Shown one piece after another: positions 29,702-39,887 of a stretch of 64,000 nt of DNA. Source of the stretch: an uncultured Staphylococcaceae bacterium (lineage in GTDB: Bacteria; Bacillota_I; Bacilli_A; RFN20; CAG-826); NCBI GenBank assembly GCA_964433025.1, contig CAYSPV010000001.1, positions 10,597-74,596 on the forward strand, read 5' to 3'. A model generated the notes under the pieces. The model did not search any database. It saw nothing but the letters and a program-made list of their open reading frames with translations, and was not told the origin of the DNA. A program made the translations under genes and the position numbers. Positions within the stretch are counted from its first letter, which is position 1, and each line of letters begins with the position of its first letter.

Positions 29702-30949
29702 ATGCTTTTACCTATTTATGCTGTCATTGATATGCGTTCTTTTTATTCCTTTGTAGAATGTGTAGATAGAAATCTAGATCCTTATAAAACACCCCTCGTG
29801 GTCGCGGATAAATCTAGAAGTAAAAACACGATTGTTTTATCTGTTACTCCTTATTTAAAAAGTAAAGGTATACCTTCTAGATTAAGAATAAAAGATCTAC
29901 CAGATGGATTTGATTATATATATGCCACTCCAAGGATGGAAAGATATTTATATGTATCCGCTAAAACGTTTTCTATTATTTTAGATTTTATAAGTCAAGA
30001 AGATATACATATATATTCTGTTGATGAATGTTTTGTTAATTTATCACCTTATTTAAATTATTATCATGTGACTCCATATGAGTTAACTAAGAAGATACAA
30101 ACCACGATTAGGGAAAAGACAGGATTAGATACTGCAATTGGTATTGGAGATAATATGTTTTTAGCCAAAGTAGCGTTAGATAACTATGCTAAAAATAGTA
30201 AAGATAGTATTTTCTATTTAGATAAAAACAATATAAAAGAATATCTTTGGAATATTACACCTCTTTCAAAAATATGGGGAATTGGAGACAAAACTTGTGC
30301 AAAACTCAACTATTTTGGAATATATTCAGTTAAAGACCTAGCAAATGCTAATAAAGATTTTTTAAGATTACATTTTGGTATATATGGTGAAACATTATAT
30401 GAACACGCTAATGGGATAGATAATACTAATATTAGAGAAAAATATATTCCAGTTGATACATCGCTATCTAATGGACAAGTATTATTTAAAGATTATACAT
30501 ATGAAGAAGCTAAATTAATCATTAGAGAATTGTGTGATGATTTAGCTAGAAGATTAAGAGATGAAAGAAAGACTACTCAATGTGTTTCTTTATATGTAGG
30601 TTATTCTAAAGAAGGTGGATTTTTAAGACAGATGTCTTTACTAAGATGTTGTAATGAAAATGATACTTTATATAACGCTCTTATAGAGATATATGAAAAA
30701 TATGTTATCAAAGATAAAACTATACGAAATATATCTATTAATTTTTCTAAATTAAAAGATGATAATGACTATCTACAATTAGATTTATTTGATGATAATG
30801 AATCATATATTAAAAAACAAAGACTAGAAAAAACTATTGATAAGATACAAGGTATGTTTGGAAATAATTCTATTTTAAAAGCCAGTGCGCTTTTAGAATA
30901 TTCCACTATTATTAAAAGACATAGTTATATTGGAGGTCATCAAAGATAA
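29702..30949 (+). CDS. Y-family (UmuC/DinB/UvrX-like) translesion DNA polymerase
   Basis: AVIDMRSFYSFVEC...PLVVAD and SVDECFVNL motifs (catalytic D, DE). 415 aa. Confidence 0.85.
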   Translation: MLLPIYAVIDMRSFYSFVECVDRNLDPYKTPLVVADKSRSKNTIVLSVTPYLKSKGIPSRLRIKDLPDGFDYIYATPRMERYLYVSAKTFSIILDFISQEDIHIYSVDECFVNLSPYLNYYHVTPYELTKKIQTTIREKTGLDTAIGIGDNMFLAKVALDNYAKNSKDSIFYLDKNNIKEYLWNITPLSKIWGIGDKTCAKLNYFGIYSVKDLANANKDFLRLHFGIYGETLYEHANGIDNTNIREKYIPVDTSLSNGQVLFKDYTYEEAKLIIRELCDDLARRLRDERKTTQCVSLYVGYSKEGGFLRQMSLLRCCNENDTLYNALIEIYEKYVIKDKTIRNISINFSKLKDDNDYLQLDLFDDNESYIKKQRLEKTIDKIQGMFGNNSILKASALLEYSTIIKRHSYIGGHQR

Positions 30950-30951
30950 TT

Positions 30952-31278
30952 ATGGATAGAGGGATGAAAAAGTTTTTACCATATAAATCTTTAAATGAAC
31001 AATCTGATTTTATTAATCAAATGTTATATGAGAAAAATAAAATCGATAAACCAATTATTTCATCTGATATAAAAGAAAAAATAAACTATATTCTTTCTAA
31101 CTATAATAATGATGAATTAGATATTAGATTTTATAATGATGGTTATGTCTATAATATGACCTCAAAAGTCTATAAAATCGATATACTTTATAAGAAATTA
31201 TATTTCTCTAAATATGAATATTTAGATTTTAATAACATACTAGATATTAATTTAAAAAATAATAACGACTTTTATTAA
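30952..31278 (+). CDS. YolD-like accessory protein (putative UmuD functional analogue)
   Basis: 108 aa. N-terminal RGMKKFLPYKSLNEQ resembles the YolD RGM-KW-PF motif. It starts 2 nt after the polymerase gene. Confidence 0.55.
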   Translation: MDRGMKKFLPYKSLNEQSDFINQMLYEKNKIDKPIISSDIKEKINYILSNYNNDELDIRFYNDGYVYNMTSKVYKIDILYKKLYFSKYEYLDFNNILDINLKNNNDFY

Positions 31279-31334
31279 AAATATATTTACACTTTAAATA
31301 TAATTTAATAAATTATTTTTAAGAGGTAAAAAAT

Positions 31335-32102
31335 ATGAAAACTTTATTAGCAAGATGGGCCTGGGTAAAAATAGTTGAAGGCATTTTATTAATTATATTA
31401 GGCCTTTTAGTGGGCATTATAGGGGGCATTTATAGTGAAACCTTATCACAAGCCCTTTCTATTGTTATAGCCGTATTTTTATTTATCGATGGAGGCATTA
31501 CATTATTTGCCCTTATTGTAGATCCAAAGAAAAACTTTTCTTTAAGTATTGTTTTTGGGGCTTTATTTATTGCAATTGGAGTTGTTTTATGTAGTGATGC
31601 TGGACAAGAAGCTGTTAAAAATATTTTAGCGATATTTGTAGCTTGTATGCTTTTAACTGTAGGTGGAACTTATGCTTTTAAAGCAATTGTTAATATTGTT
31701 TATAAAGGACCAGTAGGCTGGATAATTATTCATATTTTAATCGCACTTGCAGGCTTAGGTCTAGGTATTACCTCTCTTATTTATAGAGATGAATCTTTAA
31801 GTGTTATTTATATCGTATTAGGCACTGCTTTAACTGTGCTTGGTATATTTGATATTATCCTTGCCGTAGATCAAATGAAAAAAGAAAAAGAAAAGGGTCC
31901 CGCTAAACCTGAAGTTGTGGAATCAGAACCTTTTGATGCTTCAAATAATGAAATTGTAGAAGCTAAAACAAAAACTAGAAAACGTAAGAAAAAAGAAATA
32001 ACTTCAGATGAAACTCCAAAAGAGTTGACACTAAATGAGACTGCTACTCAAACAGAAGAAACTCCTGTTGAAACAGTAGAAGCAGAAATAATAGATGAAT
32101 AA
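31335..32102 (+). CDS. DUF308/HdeD-like membrane protein with acidic C-terminal tail
   Basis: Repeated Gly-rich TM hairpins (ILLIILGLLVGIIGG, IAIGVVL...) with SD AAGAGG upstream. Confidence 0.5.
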   Translation: MKTLLARWAWVKIVEGILLIILGLLVGIIGGIYSETLSQALSIVIAVFLFIDGGITLFALIVDPKKNFSLSIVFGALFIAIGVVLCSDAGQEAVKNILAIFVACMLLTVGGTYAFKAIVNIVYKGPVGWIIIHILIALAGLGLGITSLIYRDESLSVIYIVLGTALTVLGIFDIILAVDQMKKEKEKGPAKPEVVESEPFDASNNEIVEAKTKTRKRKKKEITSDETPKELTLNETATQTEETPVETVEAEIIDE

Positions 32103-32104
32103 AC

Positions 32105-32128
32105 AAAAAAGAGGCAGTGCCTCTTTTT
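32105..32128. terminator. Bidirectional rho-independent terminator between convergent genes
   Basis: AAAAAAGAGGC-AGT-GCCTCTTTTT. Confidence 0.75.
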
Positions 32129-32153
32129 AATTTCAAATTAATTTATTTTTTTA

Positions 32154-32408
32154 TTAAGAGCTAGTAGAAGTTGATGTTGCGACAGTTAAAACTTGAATAA
32201 GAACCGCTAAGATAAAGAAAATAATCGCTCCAATATAAGTTAATATTGAAACTACTCTTTCTGAACCACGTTCTTTGGTTTTAACAAAAACATTAAGTCC
32301 ACCACCAGTAATCGCACCAGAAGCACCTTCTGTTTTACCACCTTGTAATAGACATAATATAACAAGTACCACACACATAATTAGGAATAAGTAATCATAC
32401 CAAACCAT
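32154..32408 (-). CDS. secG: Preprotein translocase subunit SecG
   Basis: 84 aa with two TM segments and the central LLQGGKTEGASGAITGG motif. Confidence 0.8.
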   Translation of the reverse strand: MVWYDYLFLIMCVVLVILCLLQGGKTEGASGAITGGGLNVFVKTKERGSERVVSILTYIGAIIFFILAVLIQVLTVATSTSTSS

Positions 32409-32486
32409 AAACTTCTTTTGCTCCTTCTTTTGATACGCTTTTTTATAATATATAAAACGATTTAAAAATTCAACATATAATTTTTA

Positions 32487-34472
32487 TTAAATTAAGGCCT
32501 TAATTTCGATAATAATGTCTCTAATTTCCGCTGCTCTTTCAAAATCAAAACTATTAGCAGCTCTTCGCATTTCTACTTCTAATTCTTTAATTTTTGCTTT
32601 TAGTTTTGATACAGACTCTTTACCACCTTTTTTATTAATATCTTTTAAATAATCAATATCATCAATAAGTTTTAATGGAGGGGCTATATCTTTAATAATT
32701 GTTTTTGGAATAATACCATTTTCATCATTATATCTTTTTTGTATTGTTCTTCTTCTATTAGTTTCATCTATAGCCTGTTTCATAGAATTAGTAACACTAT
32801 CAGCATACATAATAACCTGACCTTCACTATTTCTAGCTGCTCTACCTATAACTTGAATTAAAGAACGAGTAGTTCTTAAAAATCCTTCCTTATCAGCGTC
32901 TAATATTAAAACTTTAGACACTTCAGGAATATCTAAACCTTCTCTTAGAAGGTTAACACCTACTAAAACATCATATTTACCTTTTCTTAATTGATAGATT
33001 ATTTCACTTCTGGCTAATGTTTTTATTTCATGATGTAAATAAACGACTTTAATGTTTCTTTCTTTTAGATAGTCAGTAAGATCTTCCGCCATTTTTACTG
33101 TGAGTGTTACCACCATTACTCTTTGATTTTTAGATATTGCTTGATGGATATTAAAAATAATATCATCAATTTGACCTGTTGATGGTTTAACTATAACTTC
33201 TGGATCTAATAATCCTGTAGGTCTAATAATTTGTTCCACTACTTCGTTATTGGTTTGTTCTAATTCAAAATCTCCAGGAGTCGCGCTTGTACATATAACT
33301 TGATTTAATTCATCCACAAATTCATCAAAATTTAAAGGTCTATTATCTAAAGCACTAGGTAATCTAAAACCATATTCCACTAATGTTAACTTTCTAGATC
33401 TATCACCATTATACATACCTCTAACTTGAGGAAGTGTCGCATGTGATTCATCTACAATCATTAAAAAATCTTTAGGAAAATAATCAAGTAAACAATAAGG
33501 TTTTTCACCTTCTTTTCTTTGATCAATATGTCTAGCATAATTTTCAATACCAGGACATATTCCAAATTCTTGTAAAGATTCTAAATCATGATTAGTTCTA
33601 GTTTCTAATCTTTCATATTCTAACGGTTTATTTTCGCTTTTAAAAAATAATAATCTATCTTTTAATTCTTCCCTAATAGAATTGCAAGCAATTCTAACTC
33701 TTTCAAAAGTGGAAGCATGATCATAAGCAGGATATATAGGAAAAGCTGCGTAAGTATGTAATAAATTACCAGTTAAAGCATCGCAGGTAGATATTCTTTC
33801 TATATCATCTCCATAAGTTTCAATTCGAATAATAAAGTTAGATTCATATGAAGGAGGAAATATTTCTATAATGTCTCCTCTTACTCTAAAAGTACCAGGA
33901 GTTAAATCTAGATTATTTCTTTTATATTGAGAATTGACTAATTTATTAAAAAATACTTTTCTATTTAAAGTTTCTCCTAGTCTTATTTCAAAGACTAATC
34001 GTTTATATTCATCAGGATCAGTTAGACCAAATAAAGCAGCAACAGAGGCTACAATAATTGTATCTCTTCTTTCTAAAATTGAATTGATTGCACTTGTTCG
34101 CATCATTTCAATTTCTTCATTCATCACTGCGTTTTTATCAATGTAAGTATCAGTTTTTGGAATATAAGCTTCAGGTTGATAAAAATCAAAATTAGAAACA
34201 AAATATTCCACTCGATTATGAGGAAATAAAGCTTTAAATTCGGAGTAGAGTTGGCCCGCTAAAACTTTGTTATGAACTAAAACTAAAGTTGGTTTATTAA
34301 ACTTTTCAATAACATTAGCCATGGTAAAGGTTTTACCAGTGCCTGTTGCACCTAATAAGACTTGAAACTTTTTATGATTATTTAAGCCATCTAATAATTG
34401 TTTTATAGCCTCAGGTTGATCACCTGTAGGCTTATAATTTGAAACAAGTTTAAATTGAGATGAATTTGCCAT
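32487..34472 (-). CDS. uvrB: Excinuclease ABC subunit B
   Basis: FKLVSNYKPTGDQPEAI, GATGTGKTFTMANVI and the C-terminal UVR domain. Confidence 0.97.
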   Translation of the reverse strand: MANSSQFKLVSNYKPTGDQPEAIKQLLDGLNNHKKFQVLLGATGTGKTFTMANVIEKFNKPTLVLVHNKVLAGQLYSEFKALFPHNRVEYFVSNFDFYQPEAYIPKTDTYIDKNAVMNEEIEMMRTSAINSILERRDTIIVASVAALFGLTDPDEYKRLVFEIRLGETLNRKVFFNKLVNSQYKRNNLDLTPGTFRVRGDIIEIFPPSYESNFIIRIETYGDDIERISTCDALTGNLLHTYAAFPIYPAYDHASTFERVRIACNSIREELKDRLLFFKSENKPLEYERLETRTNHDLESLQEFGICPGIENYARHIDQRKEGEKPYCLLDYFPKDFLMIVDESHATLPQVRGMYNGDRSRKLTLVEYGFRLPSALDNRPLNFDEFVDELNQVICTSATPGDFELEQTNNEVVEQIIRPTGLLDPEVIVKPSTGQIDDIIFNIHQAISKNQRVMVVTLTVKMAEDLTDYLKERNIKVVYLHHEIKTLARSEIIYQLRKGKYDVLVGVNLLREGLDIPEVSKVLILDADKEGFLRTTRSLIQVIGRAARNSEGQVIMYADSVTNSMKQAIDETNRRRTIQKRYNDENGIIPKTIIKDIAPPLKLIDDIDYLKDINKKGGKESVSKLKAKIKELEVEMRRAANSFDFERAAEIRDIIIEIKALI

Positions 34473-34474
34473 TT

Positions 34475-35506
34475 TTACTCAGTTTTATCTTTTTTAGCTT
34501 TTTTATTTTTACTTACATAAGATGCTCCAAATATTTCTTTAAACCCTTGGCCATAGACCGCAGTAGTGTCTGTAAAGGTCATAAAAGCATTTGGATCAAT
34601 CTTAGCGATGGCATCTTTTATTTCAATATATTCATTTCTTCCTAAGACTACTTCAAGCATTACACGATCAGTGTTTGTATAACCTCCAGTGACAGGAATA
34701 ATGGTTACACCCCTTTCAACTTTATTTAAGATATATTCTTTAACTTCTTCATGTTTATCAGTAATAACATGTAATAAGAAAGCATTTTGTCTTTTTGAAT
34801 ACATGGCCTCTACCACCATTGAACAGACAATTGAACTTATTACACCTACTAAACAGTTAATAAGAAGATCAGGATCACTAATAGAAAAACAAATAATCGC
34901 CGTTAAAACAACACAAGCATCTGCACATAAAGAAGCAAGAGAAACTCTAACACCAAAATATTTATTAATTATAAATGTAATAACATCAATACCACCTGTA
35001 GAACCTTTACCTGTAAAGGTTAAAGAAAGACCTAAACCTACGCATATACCACCACATATGCCACATAAAAGTAAATAACCTACATGTGCACCCATAACAG
35101 TAAGTTCATCCCCTATAGTTTCTGTTACGCCTATACCACCAATTAAATTAGCAAGATCTACAAAAACTTCCACTCTTGTAAACATACTTAAAAAAGCGGG
35201 AAAAGCAAAACTTGCCACTGCTGTTCTTAAAGCAAAAGTTTTACCTAAAACAAAAAAAGAAATAATCCATAAAACAATATTACAAATCCAAACAACAATA
35301 TCTACGACTGTATCGATATTGCCAAATAAATCCGCTAAATAGTAGTTAGCAATAAATGCAATACCAGTTAATCCACCTGCGACAATCGTATTTTGAGTTA
35401 AAAATATACCAACTCCAAAAGCTAAAATCAAACAACCAAGAATAACAAATAAAAAGTGAAAAATAATACGTTTAATGTTTTTTGATTCTTTTTTAGTTTC
35501 TACCAT
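34475..35506 (-). CDS. YitT-family membrane protein (with C-terminal DUF2179-like domain)
   Basis: Polytopic N-terminus plus a C-terminal soluble domain (GVTIIPVTGGYTN...) typical of the YitT family. Confidence 0.65.
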   Translation of the reverse strand: MVETKKESKNIKRIIFHFLFVILGCLILAFGVGIFLTQNTIVAGGLTGIAFIANYYLADLFGNIDTVVDIVVWICNIVLWIISFFVLGKTFALRTAVASFAFPAFLSMFTRVEVFVDLANLIGGIGVTETIGDELTVMGAHVGYLLLCGICGGICVGLGLSLTFTGKGSTGGIDVITFIINKYFGVRVSLASLCADACVVLTAIICFSISDPDLLINCLVGVISSIVCSMVVEAMYSKRQNAFLLHVITDKHEEVKEYILNKVERGVTIIPVTGGYTNTDRVMLEVVLGRNEYIEIKDAIAKIDPNAFMTFTDTTAVYGQGFKEIFGASYVSKNKKAKKDKTE

Positions 35507-36609
35507 TATTTTTAACCTCCATGTCTAGATATGCATATATAAAATCATCAATATTGCCATCCATAACAGAATCAACATCTACTTCTTCATAATTGGTTCT
35601 ATTATCTTTTACTAAAGTATAAGGGCAAAATACATAAGATCTAATTTGAGAACCCCATTCTATATTTTTTTGTTCTCCCACTATATTTTTTAATTCCTTA
35701 TTTCTTTTTTCAATCTCTAATTGCATCAATTTAGATTTTAACATATTTAAAGCGGTTTCTTTATTAGACATTTGAGATCTTTCAACTTGACAAGACACTA
35801 CAATTGAAGTTGGAAGGTGAGTAATACGTACCGCAGATTCTGTCTTATTAACGTTTTGACCACCCGCTCCTTGAGAGTGATATGTATCAATTTTTAAATC
35901 AGATTCATTTATTTTAATTTCATCTAAATCATCAAATTCTGGCACTACTCCAACGCTTGCAAAAGAGGTATGTCTTCTTTTATTAGAATCAAATGGAGAA
36001 ATTCTTACTAATCTATGAACACCTTTTTCACCTTTAAGTAATCCATAAGCGTGTTTTCCAGAAATATGTAATGTAACAGATTTTATACCTGCTTCATCAC
36101 CATCTTGATAATCCATGACTTTACATTTTAAATGATGAGAATCACAAAATCTGACATACATACGCATTAACATTTCTGCCCAATCTTGGGCTTCTGTACC
36201 ACCTGCACCTGGATGAATATCCATAATACAAGCTGAGTTATCATTTTTATCGGTAAAATAAAGATTATTTTGAAACTCTTTAAACTTCTTATTTAAGCTT
36301 TTAAATGTTGAATAGACTTCATCATATAATGATTCATCACCTAATGAAATAAGACCAAGTAAAAGCTCGATATCATTTTTGATATCTTCATCATTACTGA
36401 TAATGTCTTTTTTAATATTTAAAGTATTTATGATATTTAAAGCTTGTTTATTATCTAACCAAAAATCTTCTTCTAAAGACTTTTTAGATAATTCTTCTAC
36501 ATCTTTTTTTAAAGATGTAATGTCAAAGTGACGACTCTAAATTATAGAGCTTTTCATTCATTTCAATTAACGAATTTTTAATTAAGTTAATATCTTTGAT
36601 ATTTTCCAT
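35493..36609 (-). CDS. prfB: Peptide chain release factor 2, requires programmed +1 frameshift at CTT TGA C (36528-36522)
   Basis: Frame 0 from the ATG at 36609 encodes MENIKDINLIKNSLIEMNEKLYNLESSL then TGA. The +1 frame continues DITSLKKDVEEL... into track ORF 35493-36224, which carries the SPF and GGQ motifs. Confidence 0.93.
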
Positions 36610-36633
36610 AATTAGAGCCGTACTCCTTTCTTA

Positions 36634-39030
36634 TTATTCTTTTTTAGTGTCTTCGTCTTTTACTTCTGCGACTACTTTATTTTCATCAGGTTTTACTTCT
36701 TCAGGTTTTCTTTCAATCTTAACATTTACTAAATTTAAGACTGCATCCACACTTGAAAGATTTAAAGTTTCTCTAAACATTGAATAGCCTTCATTAACAT
36801 AGTCTTGTAATGGGTTAACATTAGCGTAACTTCTTAAGAAAATACCTTCTCTAAGGGACGCCATTTTATCGATATGTCTTGTCCAGTTATGGTCAATACA
36901 TCTTAAAATTAAACTTCTTTCGATTTGATCTGCTAATTCAGCAGGCCAATTTTTCTTTTTTTCTTGATAATAATCAAGAATCATATCACCTAAATCAGAA
37001 CCAGCTTCATCAGCAGGAGATTCATCAAACATATTCTTTTTAAATGAACCTGCAGGTAAAAATCTTGGTTCCACTTCTTTAATTAATAAATCACCATCAA
37101 TTAAATCGGTAGATGAACCTAATGGTATAGCTTTATTAGCTAAAAATTGTCCACATGTTTGGAAAACATCTACGACAATATCATTAATATCTTCACCAAA
37201 TAAGATTTTATCTCTACGAGTATAAATTAAATGTCTTTGTTTTGCTAAAACATCATCATAATCAAGTAATGTTTTTCTTGTATCAAAGTTTTGACCTTCT
37301 ATACGTTTTTGAGCACCTGTAATTACATTAGTAATTGTTTTTAATTCAATAGCTTCTTCTCCTACTTGTCTTTCCACGAAGTTTCTAATGCCATCAGTGG
37401 CAAATCTTACTAATAATGTATCATCAAATGATACATAGAATCTGGAAAAACCTGGATCACCTTGACGTCCACTTCTACCTCTTAATTGGTTATCAATACG
37501 TCTTGATTCATGTCTTTCAGTTCCAAATACACATAAACCACCTAAGGCTTTAACTTCATCATCAATTTTAATATCAGTACCTCTACCTGCCATATTAGTG
37601 GCTAAAGTAATTGCCCCTTTTTGACCCGCTAAAGCGATAATTTCTGCTTCTCTAGCGTGATTTTTAGCGTTTAACATTTCATGTTTTAAACCAGCTTCAG
37701 TAAGGTATTGAGATATTTCTTCTGAAGATTCAACACTGACTGTACCAATTAATATTGGTTGTCCTTTTTCATGTCTTTCTTTAACTTCTTGAATTAAAGC
37801 TTTTAATTTTGGTCCTTTATGAGCGTAAACATAATCTAAAGCATCAACACGAATAACTGGTTTATTTGTAGGTACACATAACACTCTCATATTATAGATT
37901 TTTTGGAATTCTTCTTCTTCAGTTTTAGCAGTACCTGTCATACCAGATAATTTCTTATATAATCTAAAGAAATTTTGATAAGTAATTGTCGCCATAGTGA
38001 TGGTTTCTTGTTTGATTTCCACATTTTCTTTTGCTTGTACAGCTTGATGTAAACCATCAGACCATTCTCTACCTGCTAAGACACGACCAGTGAACTGGTC
38101 GATAATTTGTACTTGCTTATTAGCGTCTACTAAATAATCAACATCTCTTTGCATGATATAATTAGCTTTTAAAGCATTATGTATTCTATGTACTAAATCT
38201 GCATATTCAGGAGCGTATAAATTTTTAATACCAAACATTCTTTCTGCTTTAGCATTACCATCATCAGTAAGATTGACAGTTTTTTGTTTGACATCAATGG
38301 TATAGTCTTTTTCTTTTCTTAAAGATTTAACAAATCTATCAGCGACTGTATATTGACTTGGAGATGCTTTAGCACCACCAGAAATAATAAGAGGGGTTCT
38401 ACTTTCATCAATTAAAATTGAGTCAGCTTCATCAATAATGGCATATTCTAATCCTCTTAAGACTCTTCCTTTTAAAGATTGCGCCATATTATCTCTTAGA
38501 TAATCAAAACCTAATTCAGAGTTTGTAGTATAGGTAATATCACATTGATATGCTTCTTGTTTTTCTGTTGTGGTTTTACTTCTTAAATTAATACCTACTT
38601 TTAAACCTAAGAAGGTATAAATTTGTCCCATCCAGTTAGCGTCTCTTTCCGCGAGGTATTCATTAACTGTAACAACATGAACACCTTTACCAGTTAAAGC
38701 ATTTAAATAAACCGCCATTGTCGCGGTTAGGGTTTTACCTTCACCAGTCTTCATTTCGGCTACATCGCCTTCATTTAAAATTAAGGCCCCTATAACTTGT
38801 ACTTCAAATGGAAATTGATTTAATACTCTTCTTGCAGCTTCTCTTGCTACCGCAAAAGCTTCAATTTTAATATCTTCAATGGTTTTACCATTTCTTAATT
38901 GTTCTTGAAAATAAGCAGTTTTAGCTCTTAAATCATCATCACTTAAAGCCTTCATTGTATCTTCAAGTGCTAAGACTTGTTTAGCTTGTCTTTCATATCT
39001 TCTTAGTGCTCTTTTATCAAAAAATCCCAT
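36634..39030 (-). CDS. secA: Preprotein translocase ATPase SecA (no C-terminal zinc-finger tail)
   Basis: MKTGEGKTLTATM and DEADSILIDESRTPLIISG motifs. 798 aa. Confidence 0.97.
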   Translation of the reverse strand: MGFFDKRALRRYERQAKQVLALEDTMKALSDDDLRAKTAYFQEQLRNGKTIEDIKIEAFAVAREAARRVLNQFPFEVQVIGALILNEGDVAEMKTGEGKTLTATMAVYLNALTGKGVHVVTVNEYLAERDANWMGQIYTFLGLKVGINLRSKTTTEKQEAYQCDITYTTNSELGFDYLRDNMAQSLKGRVLRGLEYAIIDEADSILIDESRTPLIISGGAKASPSQYTVADRFVKSLRKEKDYTIDVKQKTVNLTDDGNAKAERMFGIKNLYAPEYADLVHRIHNALKANYIMQRDVDYLVDANKQVQIIDQFTGRVLAGREWSDGLHQAVQAKENVEIKQETITMATITYQNFFRLYKKLSGMTGTAKTEEEEFQKIYNMRVLCVPTNKPVIRVDALDYVYAHKGPKLKALIQEVKERHEKGQPILIGTVSVESSEEISQYLTEAGLKHEMLNAKNHAREAEIIALAGQKGAITLATNMAGRGTDIKIDDEVKALGGLCVFGTERHESRRIDNQLRGRSGRQGDPGFSRFYVSFDDTLLVRFATDGIRNFVERQVGEEAIELKTITNVITGAQKRIEGQNFDTRKTLLDYDDVLAKQRHLIYTRRDKILFGEDINDIVVDVFQTCGQFLANKAIPLGSSTDLIDGDLLIKEVEPRFLPAGSFKKNMFDESPADEAGSDLGDMILDYYQEKKKNWPAELADQIERSLILRCIDHNWTRHIDKMASLREGIFLRSYANVNPLQDYVNEGYSMFRETLNLSSVDAVLNLVNVKIERKPEEVKPDENKVVAEVKDEDTKKE

Positions 39031-39119
39031 AATATTATCCTCACTTATAATAAGATTGAATCAAATTATTCGCCTTGATATTTTATCACTTAGACTATAT
39101 TTAGTCTATTTAATATTTA

Positions 39120-39887
39120 TCAGTCATCTTTTTTTATGACTCTCTTGCTTAAATATTTGTTTTTAATTTGATTAGATTTTTTTAAAAAACTGTCTATTAG
39201 ACAAGTTTTTTGTATATATCTATGTTCAAATTCATCATTTTTAGGTATGACTTTAGCAAGAGTTAGTATTTTTATTTTTTTAGCCCCTTCATTCTTTAAA
39301 AGTTCAACACAGCTCGCTAAAGTGTTTCCTGTAGTTAATATGTCGTCCACTAGTAAAATGCTTTTGTTTTTAATTAAATGTTTGTTTTTAATTTTGATGT
39401 GATCTTTAATATTTTTTCTTTCTAAAAAAGATTGGTCAGATTGTTTAAAATTATCAGTTTTATATAAAACATCTAGGACTTTTTTATTTAAGGGTGAAAA
39501 TATTTCTTTAACATGAGAAAAGCCTCTTTCTTTTTCATCTTCTTGATATGAGGGCGCGGCCACTAGATGATAGCCAAGAAAAGATAGTTTTAAAAAGTGT
39601 TTATAGGGCGTAATAAAAATATCTTTTAATTCAATATCATAACAACCTTTAAATTGATAAATTAAAGATTTCATATTGTCATCATAATCATATATAGATA
39701 TGCCTTCTACACCATTAATAGTGTACCTATAAAATTTAGGTTTAAATTCTTTTAAACATTTATCACAAATAAAAGATGAATCATTAAATAATGAATTAAA
39801 TGATTTTATAGTGTAATTTTTAAAACATAATTTACATGTTTTGATTGGATAGTTTGATTTGGCTAATGCATTTTTTAATTTCATCAT
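39120..39887 (-). CDS. comFC: ComF-family phosphoribosyltransferase-fold protein (ComFC-like)
   Basis: N-terminal CxxC...CxxC and the PRTase loop ILLVDDILTTGNT. It lies downstream of and overlaps comFA. The start is uncertain. Confidence 0.8.
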   Translation of the reverse strand: MMKLKNALAKSNYPIKTCKLCFKNYTIKSFNSLFNDSSFICDKCLKEFKPKFYRYTINGVEGISIYDYDDNMKSLIYQFKGCYDIELKDIFITPYKHFLKLSFLGYHLVAAPSYQEDEKERGFSHVKEIFSPLNKKVLDVLYKTDNFKQSDQSFLERKNIKDHIKIKNKHLIKNKSILLVDDILTTGNTLASCVELLKNEGAKKIKILTLAKVIPKNDEFEHRYIQKTCLIDSFLKKSNQIKNKYLSKRVIKKDD

